Below, piece by piece: positions 1 to 10,531 of a stretch of 32,877 bases of DNA. Below the pieces are notes generated by a model that saw nothing but the letters and a program-made list of their open reading frames with translations, was not told the origin of the DNA and did no database searches. This DNA is from Octopus sinensis. Its lineage: Eukaryota. The stretch lies in contig NW_021832149.1 in assembly GCF_006345805.1 (NCBI RefSeq), positions 1 through 32,877 on the forward strand. Direction: 5' to 3'. Position 1 is the stretch's first letter, and the number at the start of each line of letters is the position of its first letter. The position numbers and the translations under genes are program-made.

Positions 1-76
1 AAGAAAGGAAAGAAGGAAGAAGAAGGAAGAAGGAAGATAGAAAGATAGAAAGAAAGAGTAAGAGGGGTAGAGAGAG
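1..76 (+). repeat. Purine-rich (GAA/GA)n simple repeat
   Basis: Direct reading. Confidence 0.8.
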
Positions 77-94
77 ATGTCATTGCATATTTAC

Positions 95-188
95 CTTTTC
101 ATAATAATCAGTGTCTTTGTTGATGTTGTGTCGTCCCTGGCGGTGCCATACATGGATTCCTCGGGAGGGAACCAAGGTATTTTGTTGC
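95..188 (-). CDS. Host gene coding exon 7 (phase 1 to 2): (S)NKIPWFPPEESMYGTARDDTTSTKTLIIMK; gene continues beyond the window
   Basis: Acceptor ttattcccatcag| and donor AAG|gtaaat on the minus strand; 94 nt; open in the frame set by the 1647-1728 exon. Confidence 0.65.
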
Positions 189-255
189 CTGATGGGAATA
201 AATAATGATATACAATTGAAACAAGCGTCGAAATAAACTGCTGAATGTGTGTAGG

Positions 256-424
256 AGGCGCAGGAGTGGCTGTGTGGTAAGTAGCTTGCTTACCAACCAC
301 ATGGTTCCGGGTTCAGTCCCACTGCGTGGCACCTTGGGGGCAAGTTTCTTCTGCTATAGCCCCCGGGCCGACCAGTGCCTTGTGAGTGGATTTGGTAGAC
401 GGAAACTGAAAGAAGCCTGTCGTA
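256..424 (+). mobile_element. SINE family A (tRNA-derived), head and body
   Basis: aggcgcaggagtggctgtgtggtaagtagc...ggttcagtccc (A/B-box-like), then gggcaag...gaaagaagcctgtcg; about ten copies in the window. Confidence 0.9.
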
Positions 425-430
425 TAATGT

Positions 431-465
<35 letters not shown>

Positions 466-542
466 TATATATATATATATATAATATATATATATATACA
501 TATATAATATATATATATAATATATATATATATATTCATGTT

Positions 543-670
543 GGAGTGGCTGTGTGTGGTAAGTAGCTTGCTAACCAACCACATGGTCCGGGGTCGATGT
601 GTTCGACTAAAGGTGGTGCTCCAGCATGGCCGCAGTCAAATGACTGAAACAAGTAAAATGAGTAAAAGAG
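543..670 (+). mobile_element. SINE A, internally deleted (head fused to tail)
   Basis: Head ...cacatggtccgggg joins directly to tail tcgat...ctccagcatggccgcagtcaaatgactgaaacaag. Confidence 0.8.
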
Positions 671-715
671 TATGCATGTGTGTGTGTGTGTGTGTGCGTG
701 TGCGTTTGTCTGTGT

Positions 716-1110
716 AAGATGTGGCTGTGTGGTAAGTAGCTTGTTTACCAGCCACATGGTTCCGGGTTCAGTCCCACTGCGTGGCACCTTGGGCAAGCGT
801 TTTCTACTATAGCTTTGGACCGACCAAAGCCTTGTGAGTGTATTTGGTAGACGGAAACTGGGAGAAGCCCGTCGTATATATGTGTGCGTGCGTGTGTGTG
901 TGCGTGTGTATTGTTTGCGTTTGTGTTTGTTCTCCACCACCGCTTGACAACCGGTGTTGGTGTTTTATGTCCTCGTGACTTAGATGTTCAGCAAGAGATG
1001 CCGATGGAACAAGCACCAGTCTTAAAACAACATAGGCATGAGGGTCAATTTATTCGACTAAAGATTCCTCAAGGCGGTACCCCAGCATGGCTGCAGTGCA
1101 ATGACAAAAA
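716..1110 (+). mobile_element. SINE A, diverged near-full copy
   Basis: Head, body, (TG)n and degenerate tail cccagcatggctgcag. Confidence 0.8.
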
Positions 1111-1154
1111 GCGAATATACAGCGGGCCCAGAACATCATAATAATTATAATTAA

Positions 1155-1547
1155 CTAGCAGTATCGCCCGGCGTTGCTCGGGTTTGTAAGGGAAATAACT
1201 ATATAAGCATTTTTAGAGATGTAAAGTATAATAGCCATCTTAATATGGCTAACCACAAAGGGGAGGTGTTATTGTAGCTTTTTACGTTCTGAGATTTAAT
1301 AATACATTTTTAGAGAGTTACTTCCCTTATATATGCCAAAAATGCATTAAAAATGGGAAAATTTGATGGTAATTTTTTTTTTTAACCGTTGACTCATCGT
1401 AGACGCGCGCTAATACCCAGAAGGGCTTGATATGAATCACGACTATAAGATACCCGCTTTTGCTTACACTGCACCAAAAAATGTGGGAGTAGTTAGGAAT
1501 CTAAATCGTAGGAGACAGACACACAACTTCACTTTTATATATAAAGA
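1155..1547 (-). mobile_element. Non-autonomous Helitron, copy 1
   Basis: 5'-TC start after A; 3' hairpin CCCG-AGCAACGC-CGGG, then 8 nt and CTAG followed by T; no TSD. Confidence 0.85.
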
Positions 1548-1646
1548 TTAGTGGGTGTAATCTATACTTTTTGATGACCCTAGTGAAAGTTTCCAGCTTC
1601 TCCCCTGCTTCAAAATTGGCTTTATTTAGTTAAAGCTACTACTCAC

Positions 1647-1728
1647 TGATATCTCTTTCATGGTTCCAGCTATAAACTGATGATGATTGGTCTCCTCTTC
1701 TCCTCCTCGCCTTCCTCGTAGTGGGTAC
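1647..1728 (-). CDS. Host gene coding exon 6 (phase 0 to 1): VPTTRKARRRRGDQSSSVYSWNHERDI
   Basis: Acceptor tattctttag|, donor TCA|gtgagt; 82 nt of non-repetitive sequence; phases fit both neighbours. Confidence 0.65.
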
Positions 1729-1733
1729 CTAAA

Positions 1734-1769
<36 letters not shown>

Positions 1770-2011
1770 CATACAATATAAGAAAATGGAGAAATACATC
1801 GAAATCAAATATCAATTACCAGATAATACTCAATCACATACTTTATTAAACCACCACAGAAGAAACTATAAGGTTAAACATAATAACATAATAATGTAGG
1901 GCAAAACAGTGTACATTAAAGAGTGTACATAAAAGAGTAATGTTATACAATAAGTAGAATATGTATAAGAGAAAGTAAATATAAGTACACATAAATATAA
2001 ATATAGACTAC

Positions 2012-2138
2012 ATCTTACAGCTGTTTCGGCCATGTAGATAAGTATGTCTCATTTTACTTATATTAGCCATTTATGGTAGGTCAATATATAGATATAAATG
2101 AGACATTTACAAAAATATCATAAGGCCTCTTCGGAGAT
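2012..2138 (-). ncRNA. Type-I hammerhead-ribozyme-like motif 1 (Penelope-type)
   Basis: AUCU | CCGAAGA | GGCC-(92 nt with internal hairpin)-GGCC | GAAA | C-AGCU-G | UA | AGAU; U4C core variant; 1-bp stem III with palindromic loop. Confidence 0.6.
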
Positions 2139-2535
2139 TATGTGATATAAATCAGTCTACATATATACCCATATGGGTGTGGGTACATACCCATAATACA
2201 ACATTTACATATACATATGAGTGCATATACTCACACTTCTATACATAAAAATATACATATACATAATGATGTAAATAAATAATATAAATTAGTAAACATA
2301 TATATGTTCCACATTCAATGTTTCAGTTTTTCAACTTAATATTGTGATAGTAAACATACACATATTAGTACCTAGATGCAAATATACATAGTCAGTAGTA
2401 CATTATATTACTTCACAATAATTTCTAAAGTGTCATTAAAGTTAGCATCATTATCGTTGTCGTTATCATCATTGGATATATGTTATCCCATGGAGGGTTG
2501 CATTTACAACCCCTATCTCAATTTGTATATATATA

Positions 2536-2568
<33 letters not shown>

Positions 2569-2654
2569 GTTCAAATTTATAGAAAAACAAAGGCAAAGAT
2601 AGGTATAGGAACATCAAGCAAGTCTACTAGTTTGACTCTCAGGAAAATTGAAGT

Positions 2655-2690
2655 CATTTACGTTTCGGACCTACGCTCTTCGACAGAAAG
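2655..2690 (-). ncRNA. Degenerate minimal hammerhead-like motif 2
   Basis: CUUU CUGUCGA A GAGC GUAG GUCC GAA ACGU A AAUG; mismatches in stems I and II. Confidence 0.4.
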
Positions 2691-2858
2691 GAATAAGAAG
2701 AAATAAATAGAGAGAGAATGGAAAAAAAACTTGTTCAGTCGTACAACATGACGAATGATTGGGAAAAAAGAGGTTGTATACATACATACATACATACATA
2801 CATACATACATACATACATACATACATACACACACAACACACACACACACACACACAC

Positions 2859-2893
<35 letters not shown>

Positions 2894-2982
2894 ATTATTA
2901 TTTGAGGGAATATAAATCCAAACTTACAGGGAAAAAAATTCAATTTAGAAATACTAAATCAAATTTCACACAATATAATATA

Positions 2983-4257
2983 CGAGGGGCGTTCAATAAG
3001 TAATGCCCCTGACCCACTTCTTATAGCAGTAGAGCAACGAAACTTGGCACAGTTATTAGTCTTTTTCTACTTAGGAACCACCCAGAGTTACGCATTTCTT
3101 CCATCGTTTGATGCGGCTCTGTAGAAGAACCCAGCTTGGTCCTCCAACCTCAACGTGACTTCAGAAATCAAGGCTGCATCATCTGGGAAACGCTTTCCTT
3201 TCAAAAACAACTTCATGGCTGGGAAGAGGTGAAAATCCGAGGGTGCAAGGTCAAGAGAGTAGGGGCATGGAGAAGGAATTCATAGCCGCACGCCTGTGCT
3301 TCTGATCTGGCGACAAGCGAGTTGTGGACCGGAGCGTTGTCCTGCAGGAGGAGGATGCCTTTGCTGATCTTGCCCCGCCTCTTGATTTTGTTAACTTCTC
3401 TTAATTTCCTCAAAAGTGAAGCATAATAGGCTCCTGCAATTGTGGTACCCTTTGCCAGGAAATCTGTCATCACTACTCCGTCCTGGTCCCAGAAGACTGT
3501 GAGCATGACCTTGCCAGCGGAGGGATGCAACCTTGCCTTCTTTGGAGGGGTGAGTCACGGTGCTTCCACTGCATTCACTGGCTTTGGTCTCTGGATCATC
3601 GTGATGGACCCAGGTTTCATCCTGTGTAATCAGTCTTTTGAAAAAATTGACTCATCTTCTTGGCACATCTCCAAATTCCCCCTCGAGCACTCGACGCGTT
3701 CTTGCTTCTGGAAAGGCGTGAGCAACCTGGGAATCCATCTGGCAGACACCTTTTGCATATGCAAATGGTCATGAATGATAGTTTCCACAGACCCGGTACT
3801 AATCTTGACCTCATGGGCTATTTGGCGAATAATTATGCGTCGATCTTCCAAAATGGCAGCCTCAACTTGACGGACAGATGCCTCGTCAATGGCAGAAGGG
3901 GGCGACCAGATCTGGGAGCTGTTTCCACAAAGTTCCGACCATGTTTGACTTCACGATGCCAGCGTTTTACAAGGTCATATGATGGGGCATCATCACCATA
4001 AGTTACTTTCATTTCATCAAAAGTCTCCCGTGGTGTGCGTCCTTTCAAATACAAAAACCGGATCACTGCTCGACACTCAACAGGCTCCATTTCACACTTG
4101 ACTCGGTTCAAACACCTGTAAATCAGAAACCACAATTAATTCAGAGCTGTAATTTGCCACTTACTCTATAGAGATATAAATAATTGCACATGCAAAATTT
4201 CAGCTAGATCAAACAACTGCAAGTGGGTCAGAGGCATTACTTATTGAACGTCCCTCG
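2983..4257 (-). mobile_element. Full-length mariner (Tc1/mariner DD34D, irritans-like) element, 1275 bp
   Basis: 37-bp TIRs cgaggg(g/a)cgttcaataagtaatgcc(c/t)ctgacccactt with 2 mismatches; TA on both flanks. Confidence 0.95.
3056..4090 (-). pseudogene. Mariner transposase pseudogene
   Basis: MEPVECRAVIRFL..., WIPRLL, DETW, QDNAP and APSDF motifs split across several frames by frameshifts. Confidence 0.9.
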
Positions 4258-4262
4258 TATAT

Positions 4263-4568
4263 ATATAAAATTAGAAAAAACACACCTTTTATCAATTCAA
4301 AATCAACAATTAAATTACACCATCTAGAAAATTACATATAATAGAAATATTAAAATAACAATAAAATACCAATGATAAGTAAACTACAAAAAAAAATAAT
4401 TATATAAAAACGTATATAATTATATACGTTATTATTATTATTTTCTTTGTAATTTACTTAATCATTGATATTTTGTTGTTATTTAATTTTAATATTTCTA
4501 TTATATGTAATTTTCTAGATGGTGTAATTTAACTTGTTCATTTTGAATTGATAAAAGGTGTTTTTTTC

Positions 4569-4578
<10 letters not shown>
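4263..4578. repeat. AT-rich inverted repeat (~140-bp arms, short spacer); same family as 2885-2980 and 8700-8830
   Basis: aattagaaaaaacacaccttttatcaattcaaaat...catctagaaaattacatataatag is mirrored at 4440-4578. Confidence 0.8.
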
Positions 4579-4599
<21 letters not shown>

Positions 4600-4611
4600 G
4601 ATTTTGATTTT

Positions 4612-4648
4612 TCCAGTTTCAGCTAATGAGCTGTGGCCATGCTGGGAT
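4612..4648 (-). mobile_element. Isolated CR1-type 3' tail fragment
   Basis: cccagcatggccacagctcattagctgaaactggaaaaa matches the tails at 30066-30115 and 31073-31120. Confidence 0.6.
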
Positions 4649-4694
<46 letters not shown>

Positions 4695-4720
4695 TATATA
4701 TGTATATATATATATGTATA

Positions 4721-4753
<33 letters not shown>

Positions 4754-4805
4754 CTATATATATAATATATATGTATATATATGTATATATATATATATAT
4801 ATATA

Positions 4806-4865
<60 letters not shown>

Positions 4866-5133
4866 GTAGAGGCGCAATGGCCAGTGGTTAGGCAGCGGAC
4901 TCGCGGTCGCAGGATCGCGGTTTCGATTCCCAGACCGGGCATTGTGAGTGTTTATTGAGCGAAAACACCTTAAAAACTCCACGAGGCTCCGGCAGGGGGT
5001 GGTGATCCCTGCTGTACTCTTTCACCACTCTTTCTTTCTGTTGGCCTGCTCGCGAGGTTGGCGTCATTCAAACGCATTGTGACCAGCGATGTGTAACAGC
5101 ATCTGATGGTGTGGTCGGTCACGTGATCACGTG

Positions 5134-5135
<2 letters not shown>
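4866..5135 (+). mobile_element. SINE family B, tail type 1
   Basis: gaggcgcaatggccagtggttagg...ggtttcgattccc head; tail ...gtcacgtgatcacgtgat; second copy at 17270-17579. Confidence 0.85.
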
Positions 5136-5166
<31 letters not shown>

Positions 5167-5256
5167 ATATATATATATATATATAAGTAGTATATATATA
5201 TGTATGTACGTACGTATGTATGTATGTATATATTCACTACGATCGTTGCAACTCAC

Positions 5257-5354
5257 CGTGCACCGGTACCTTACAGGTGAGTTGCTGTACAAACAATTGC
5301 GGTTCATCATAAGGTGCGGATGTGTCTCCTCAATTGATTTGTCAAAGGTAGTTC
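5257..5354 (-). CDS. Possible alternative exon (phase 1 to 0): (G)TTFDKSIEETHPHLMMNRNCLYSNSPVRYRCT
   Basis: Strong donor ACG|gtgagt, weak acceptor (tg)n-taaag|; 98 nt, open; same phases as exon 7472-7812, so the two cannot both be included in frame. Confidence 0.35.
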
Positions 5355-5384
5355 CTTTACACACACACACACATTAAATATATA

Positions 5385-7053
5385 TTAACATTTGGGCTGC
5401 TTCATTGGACGCTTCAGGAGAACCGAGCCATTGATTTGAAAACCTGAAAAATACTAACCATCACACATAATTTCCACATAAACAGCGACGTAGACCGCCT
5501 CTAACTAAAAGGAAGACAATGCGGCAAAATGCCTTTGAATGTCGCATCATATCCATTCGGAAACATCTTTTAACCACCAAGTGTCGAAGTGCTTCCCTTG
5601 ACCAAATTTGCATACATGAGGCTGATAACATCATAAGACTTGGAAGGCAGCTCCTTGAGCAACACTCTTTGTCTGATAACCTAGAATACATGCCCAAAGA
5701 AGCCGCACGACCGTACCGTAACGTATCATCAGATGAAAGGATCAGCCTTTATGAGCAGAAGACTATGCATGGATAAGTCAGTAGAAAGCACCGAGAGATA
5801 GTAATATTGATCATCAAAGCAGTCTATCATAGACTAATAGCCAGATTATTACCTCCCACTTTGAAGGGTATGTCTTTTGCAATCCAGGAACAGGAGATAT
5901 CCTCCAAGTACCTGATGCAAAAAAGGGATAGAGATGCAGGACAATCAGTAAAACGTGACAACCGATGCAGACTTTGTGGGGTTAAAACCGAAGGTATCAC
6001 GCACACCATAAGCTGTTGTCCGAAAATGTCATCACAGAATTATCTACCGATGAGACATGATGCTGTAGCTAGGACACCCTATAATGAAATCCATCGGAAG
6101 AATAACATCCAGGACAAAGAAATAAGAAGAAAACAACAGTATAGGCGCAGGAGTGGCTGTGTGGTAAGTAGCTTGCTAACCAACCACATGGTTCCGGGTC
6201 AGTCCCACTGCGTGGCATCTTGGGCAAGTGTCTTCTGCTATAGCCCAGGGTCCGACCAATGCCTTGTGAGTGGATTTGGTTAGACGGAAATTGAAAGAAG
6301 CCTGTCGTATATATGTATATATATATATATTATATATGGTGTGTATATGTTTGTGTCTGTGTTTGTCCTCCTAGCATTGCTTGACAACCGATGCTGGTGT
6401 GTTTACGTCCTCGTCATTTAGCGGTTCGGCAAAAGAGACCGATAGAATAAGTACTGGGCTTACAAAGAATAAGTCCCGGGGTCGATTTGCTCGACTATAA
6501 AGGCGGTGCTCCAGCATGGCCGCAGTCAAATGAATGAAACATGTAACAGAGTAAAAGAGTAAAGAGTATTGTAGAAGCCATAGCCTCTCGTAATAAAAAG
6601 GAATACTGGTGGAATGTCCCAGTGAAGACCTCAATAAAATGTAAGTACAGCAGACCTGATATAATGATTTGGGATAGAGAATAGAAACTGTGCACAGTTG
6701 AGGAAATTTACATAATATTAACATAAAGTTGAAGATCAGTGACAAAGAGAATACCTATGCTGGACTATTGAGAAATCTGCAATTACTCTACCCAGATTAC
6801 AAGTTCAGGTTCATACCTGTAATTATTAGCGCCTTGGGATATGTAACATACTGCCTAAATACCAATCTTGAGAAATTAGGCTTCTCAAAACCAGAAAGGA
6901 GAAAGCTGATTCAAAGACTAGAGACCCAGTCCATCACTGGAACTGTACAAATCTGTAAAACTTTCCAGAAGTTTATCATTTAAATATATATGAGCATGTC
7001 TAGACATGCAACTGTATGCATGAGAATACATACATAAAGCAAAACATACAAAT

Positions 7054-7060
<7 letters not shown>
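5385..7060 (+). mobile_element. 5'-truncated R4/Dong-like non-LTR retrotransposon remnant (CCHC knuckle and restriction-like endonuclease), interrupted by SINE A
   Basis: AIQEQEI...CRLCG...ITHTISCC...RHDAVA, then after the SINE YWWNVPVK...RPDIMIWD and KISDKENTY...IPVIISALG...; stops and frameshifts; 5' boundary approximate. Confidence 0.8.
6143..6564 (+). mobile_element. SINE A, full length, nested in the R4-like element
   Basis: Complete head to (gagtaaaa)n tail; 5-bp TSD agtat (6138-6142 / 6565-6569); removing it restores LINE continuity. Confidence 0.9.
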
Positions 7061-7109
<49 letters not shown>

Positions 7110-7134
7110 ATACACACACACCACATATATATAT

Positions 7135-7355
7135 ACGACTGTCTTCTTTTAGTTTCCGTCTACCAAATCCACTCGCAAGGCTTTGGTTGGCCCGAGGCTA
7201 TAGGAAAAGACACTTGCCCAAGCTGTGCCGTGCAGTGTGACTGAACCCGCAACCATGTGGTTGGTTAGCAAGCTACTTACCACACAGCTAATCCTGCGCC
7301 TATGCATGTATATTTTTTATTTGTTTCAGTCATTTGACTGCGGCCATGCTAGAGC
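7135..7355 (-). mobile_element. SINE A fragments (minus); a plus-strand tail follows at ~7400-7460
   Basis: Reverse complement of the head/body and of the tail. Confidence 0.8.
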
Positions 7356-7471
7356 ATGCGGTTCGGAAGCAAGCCCTGGGGTGGTGTGCTTTACAAAACC
7401 ATTTCAAGGCGGTGCCCAAGCATGTTTGTAGAACAATGACTGAAACAAGTATAAAAAAAAAACTGACTTAC

Positions 7472-7812
7472 CGGTCTGTGGCCTTTCTTATAAGTAGGGG
7501 GCAACATCAGTGGTGGGTCGAAACCTAGTTTCATTCTGAGATTTTCTTCAACTATAGAAAAATCGATGTTCCATTTTGGAACTGGCCATATATACGGTGA
7601 GCAAGAGGCTTTGAGGAGCAATATGTAACATTCTACAATAGCTTCAGGTGAGTCACAGGTTTTCGAAAGAATCTTTTTCACGACACGTGGTATCTGGGTG
7701 AAGATAGTTTGTGCATTGTCTATCATGAAAGTTGATTTGAAGTTCTCAAGGTGCAAAAAGACAATGGCCGTATAGAAGATGCTCTCTCTAGTGTTGAACT
7801 TGCCTTTTAGGG
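7472..7812 (-). CDS. Host gene coding exon 5 (phase 1 to 0): (A)LKGKFNTRESIFYTAIVFLHLENFKS...LGFDPPLMLPPTYKKGHRP
   Basis: Acceptor gtttacttattctag|, donor CCG|gtaagt; 341 nt open within ORF 7391..7948; non-repetitive. Confidence 0.75.
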
Positions 7813-7904
7813 CTAGAATAAGTAAACAATATACAAATATAAACATGTAGACACATATATACATAAGCACACATATGCCTACATAATGTGGGAATATATA
7901 TAAT

Positions 7905-8090
7905 CCCGACACATCCTTTTCTCTCTCTGTTTTTTCTTTTCTTTTCATTCTTTGTCTCTCATCCCTTTCTGTCCAAGAGCGTCGGCTCGAAACGTCAAAG
8001 ACTTTTCGATTTTCCTGAGCGTCAAACTAATACACCTGCTTGTTGTTCCTTCACCTGTCTCTGTCTTTTATGTTCTGTACATTTGAATCA
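7905..8090 (+). mobile_element. Penelope-like terminal (pLTR-type) fragment
   Basis: Carries hammerhead-like motif 3; related fragment on the minus strand at ~2570-2765. Confidence 0.5.
7965..8000 (+). ncRNA. Minimal hammerhead-like motif 3 (G8C, probably inactive)
   Basis: CUUU CUGUCCA A GAGC-GUCG-GCUC GAA ACGU C AAAG. Confidence 0.5.
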
Positions 8091-8124
8091 TACTACATAC
8101 ATACATAATATATATGTATATATA

Positions 8125-8200
<76 letters not shown>

Positions 8201-8581
8201 TATATTGAGGGTACTACTATTCGTAGATACCAACACGCTAAGAGGGACCAATGCGGTCAAAATACTAAAAATAAACAAAATTTTACCGAATGCAAAACTT
8301 CAAAACACATCATTTTAAAAAAGAATTCAGTTACATATCACATGTGATTTCGTATTTAATGCAGAATATGCATTTCATGTTCATCAGTGCAACAAACTCA
8401 AGAAATATGAGAGAAAACATAACATTACAAGCTCGATAGCCAACGTAGAATTCGTCGTAGCATGTACGAATGTTATCTTTACATATCTATGAAAATGGCG
8501 GGCTTAGTCGCAATGCATTTTGGTAACAATTGTCTAGTCGGAATAAAAATCAGTATTGAACTATTCCGGTGTGAAAAATAT

Positions 8582-8630
8582 AATTAACAATTGAGGATAA
8601 AATCTTTAAAGATTTTATCCTCAATTGTTA

Positions 8631-8633
<3 letters not shown>
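8582..8633. repeat. Perfect 52-bp spacerless palindrome
   Basis: aattaacaattgaggataaaatcttt|aaagattttatcctcaattgttaatt. Confidence 0.95.
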
Positions 8634-8670
<37 letters not shown>

Positions 8671-8835
8671 TTATTTATTTATCTATTTATATATATATAT
8701 ATAATTATTATTTGAGGGAATAAAATCCAAACTTACAAGGAAAAAATCCAATTTAGAATTTCTATTCTAGATGGTATAATTTAATTGTTCATTTTGAATT
8801 GATAAAAGGTGGATTTTTCCTAATATATATTATAT

Positions 8836-8867
<32 letters not shown>

Positions 8868-8899
8868 CACATACACAACACACACTCACACACACACTC

Positions 8900-9199
8900 T
8901 TGTCATCTCGCACACCTTTGTTTACCATTCCTTCTTTGATTCCGCTCTCCTGTTTTTGAAAACATGCTCCTTCTTTTTTACCACTTCCGCCTTTTCAGTA
9001 TGTGACCTCGTGAAGACCACTTGCATTTTTTCCCTCTGTCCTCCCACCACGGGATCTTTCTTTCTCCTATGTTTCCGACGAAGAGCTCCGCTCGAAACGT
9101 CAAACCCTCCTTCTTCCCTTCTTTCCTGAGCGTCCAATAATACTTTATTTGTCCTACATCCTCGCGTTGTTGTCTTTTTGTTTTCTTGTTTGGATTAAC
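8900..9199 (+). mobile_element. Penelope-like terminal fragment (second copy at 10906-11103)
   Basis: Shared ...ctcctatgtttccgacgaagagctccgctcgaaacgt...ttggattaact block. Confidence 0.55.
9071..9105 (+). ncRNA. Minimal hammerhead-like motif 4
   Basis: GUUU CCGACGA A GAGC-UCC-GCUC GAA ACGU C AAAC; loopless ACGU stem III (dimer-type). Confidence 0.6.
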
Positions 9200-9718
9200 T
9201 TTATATGTATATATATAAAACTGTAGTTGTGTGAGTGTCTGTCCCCTTCGATTTAGATTCCTAACTACTCCCACATTTTGCGGTGCAGTTTAACCAAATT
9301 CGGGTAGCTTATAGTCGTGATTCATATCGAGCCCGTCTGAGTATTAGCACGCGTCTACGATGAGTCTACGATTTTAAAAATAATTTAAGATCATTTTTTA
9401 TTCCATTTTAATGCATAATTTTTCGTGTGTCGATGGCGGCGGAGTTGGCGTCCATGGTCACACCTGCACCTGTTTGCTTCTCCCCCTTCTTCCCTCCCTC
9501 GTGAAGCTGTGGGGAAGGGAGTGTAAGGAAATCAACGTCGTAAAGCGTTGTCAAGGAGACCAGCGTTCTTTTAGAACAACGACTTCATGGCTTGAAGACA
9601 CCAAAACAGAAATGGCTAAGAAAGCCCGAATTGGCATCTATAAGGGAAGTAACTCTCTAAAAATGCTTATATAGTTATTTCCCTTACAAACCCGAGCAAC
9701 GCCGGGCGATACTGCTAG
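9200..9718 (+). mobile_element. Non-autonomous Helitron, copy 2, with an extra ~220-bp internal segment
   Basis: Same 3' hairpin and CTAG|T end; degenerate 5' end; 9420-9640 is absent from the other copies. Confidence 0.85.
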
Positions 9719-10005
9719 TACATTATATACTTGTATGTGTGTGGGTGTGCTTAGTAGATTTGGTCAAGTTTCGTCGGCGCGTAAGACGGGCTCATCTCAT
9801 CAGGCAGCATAGGAAGAGTAAGAGATCTGAGACAAATTCAAGTTGGTTTGTTTGTCGGGTTTCTGTTGGTCAGCTCATGTCACGTGATGTTAATGCTGTG
9901 GAAGCGACATCGGCAGCTATTTTCTTTATTCTAACGCCCACATACTCGCATAGGATAAGGTCGTTGGTAGGTTGCTGTTGTCACTCTGGCTGCGGACTGC
10001 GGTAT

Positions 10006-10398
10006 GGGAAGCACTCCGTCGGTTACGACGATGAGGGCTCCGGTTGATCCGAATCAACGGAACAGCCTGCTCGTGAAATTAACGTGTAAGTGGGCTGAGC
10101 ACTCCACAGACACGTGCACCCTTAACGTAGTTCTCAGGGATATTCAGCGTGACACAGAGAGTGACAAGGCCGGCCCTTTGAAATACAGGTACAACAGAAA
10201 CAAGAAGTAAGAGTGGAGTGAGAGAAAGTTGAGGCGAAAGAGTACAACAGGGGTCGCCACCCCCACCCCCTGCCGGAGCCTCGTGGAGCTTTAGGTGTTT
10301 TCGCTCAATAAACACACACAACGCCCGGTCTGGGAATCGAAACCGCGATCCTCCGACCGCGAGTCCGCTGCCCTAACCACTGGGCCATTGCGCCTCCA
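10006..10398 (-). mobile_element. SINE B head/body with tail type 2
   Basis: 13-bp TSD cggactgcggtat (9993-10005 / 10399-10411); tail shared with the SINE at 11392-11689. Confidence 0.9.
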
Positions 10399-10531
10399 CG
10401 GACTGCGGTATAAAGTATTCAGCGACATAAACCCATTGTAATGAGTACCGCACACGGCAGGGTGGGATGTTGACGCTAGTCATTCGTCCAGTCGTTTCCT
10501 CATTTGCTCATTTGCTTAGCATATATATATT

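Noticed and set aside
77-205. Plus-strand ATG with signal-peptide-like MSLHIYLFIIISVFVDVVSS
   Set aside because: Only 42 codons, no downstream plus-strand exons found; better explained as the antisense of exon 95-188
256-340. tRNA genes at SINE heads (also 4866, 11392, 26498)
   Set aside because: A/B-box-like motifs only; no complete cloverleaf, and each continues into a SINE body
9755-9810. CUGAUGA...GAC GAAAC hammerhead-like string on the minus strand
   Set aside because: No U at 16.1 (C-UU-G-A), no stem I pairing and an unpaired insert before stem II; at best a decayed relic
9739-10047. 102-aa plus-strand ORF
   Set aside because: No recognisable motif or splice context; its 3' part runs into a SINE tail
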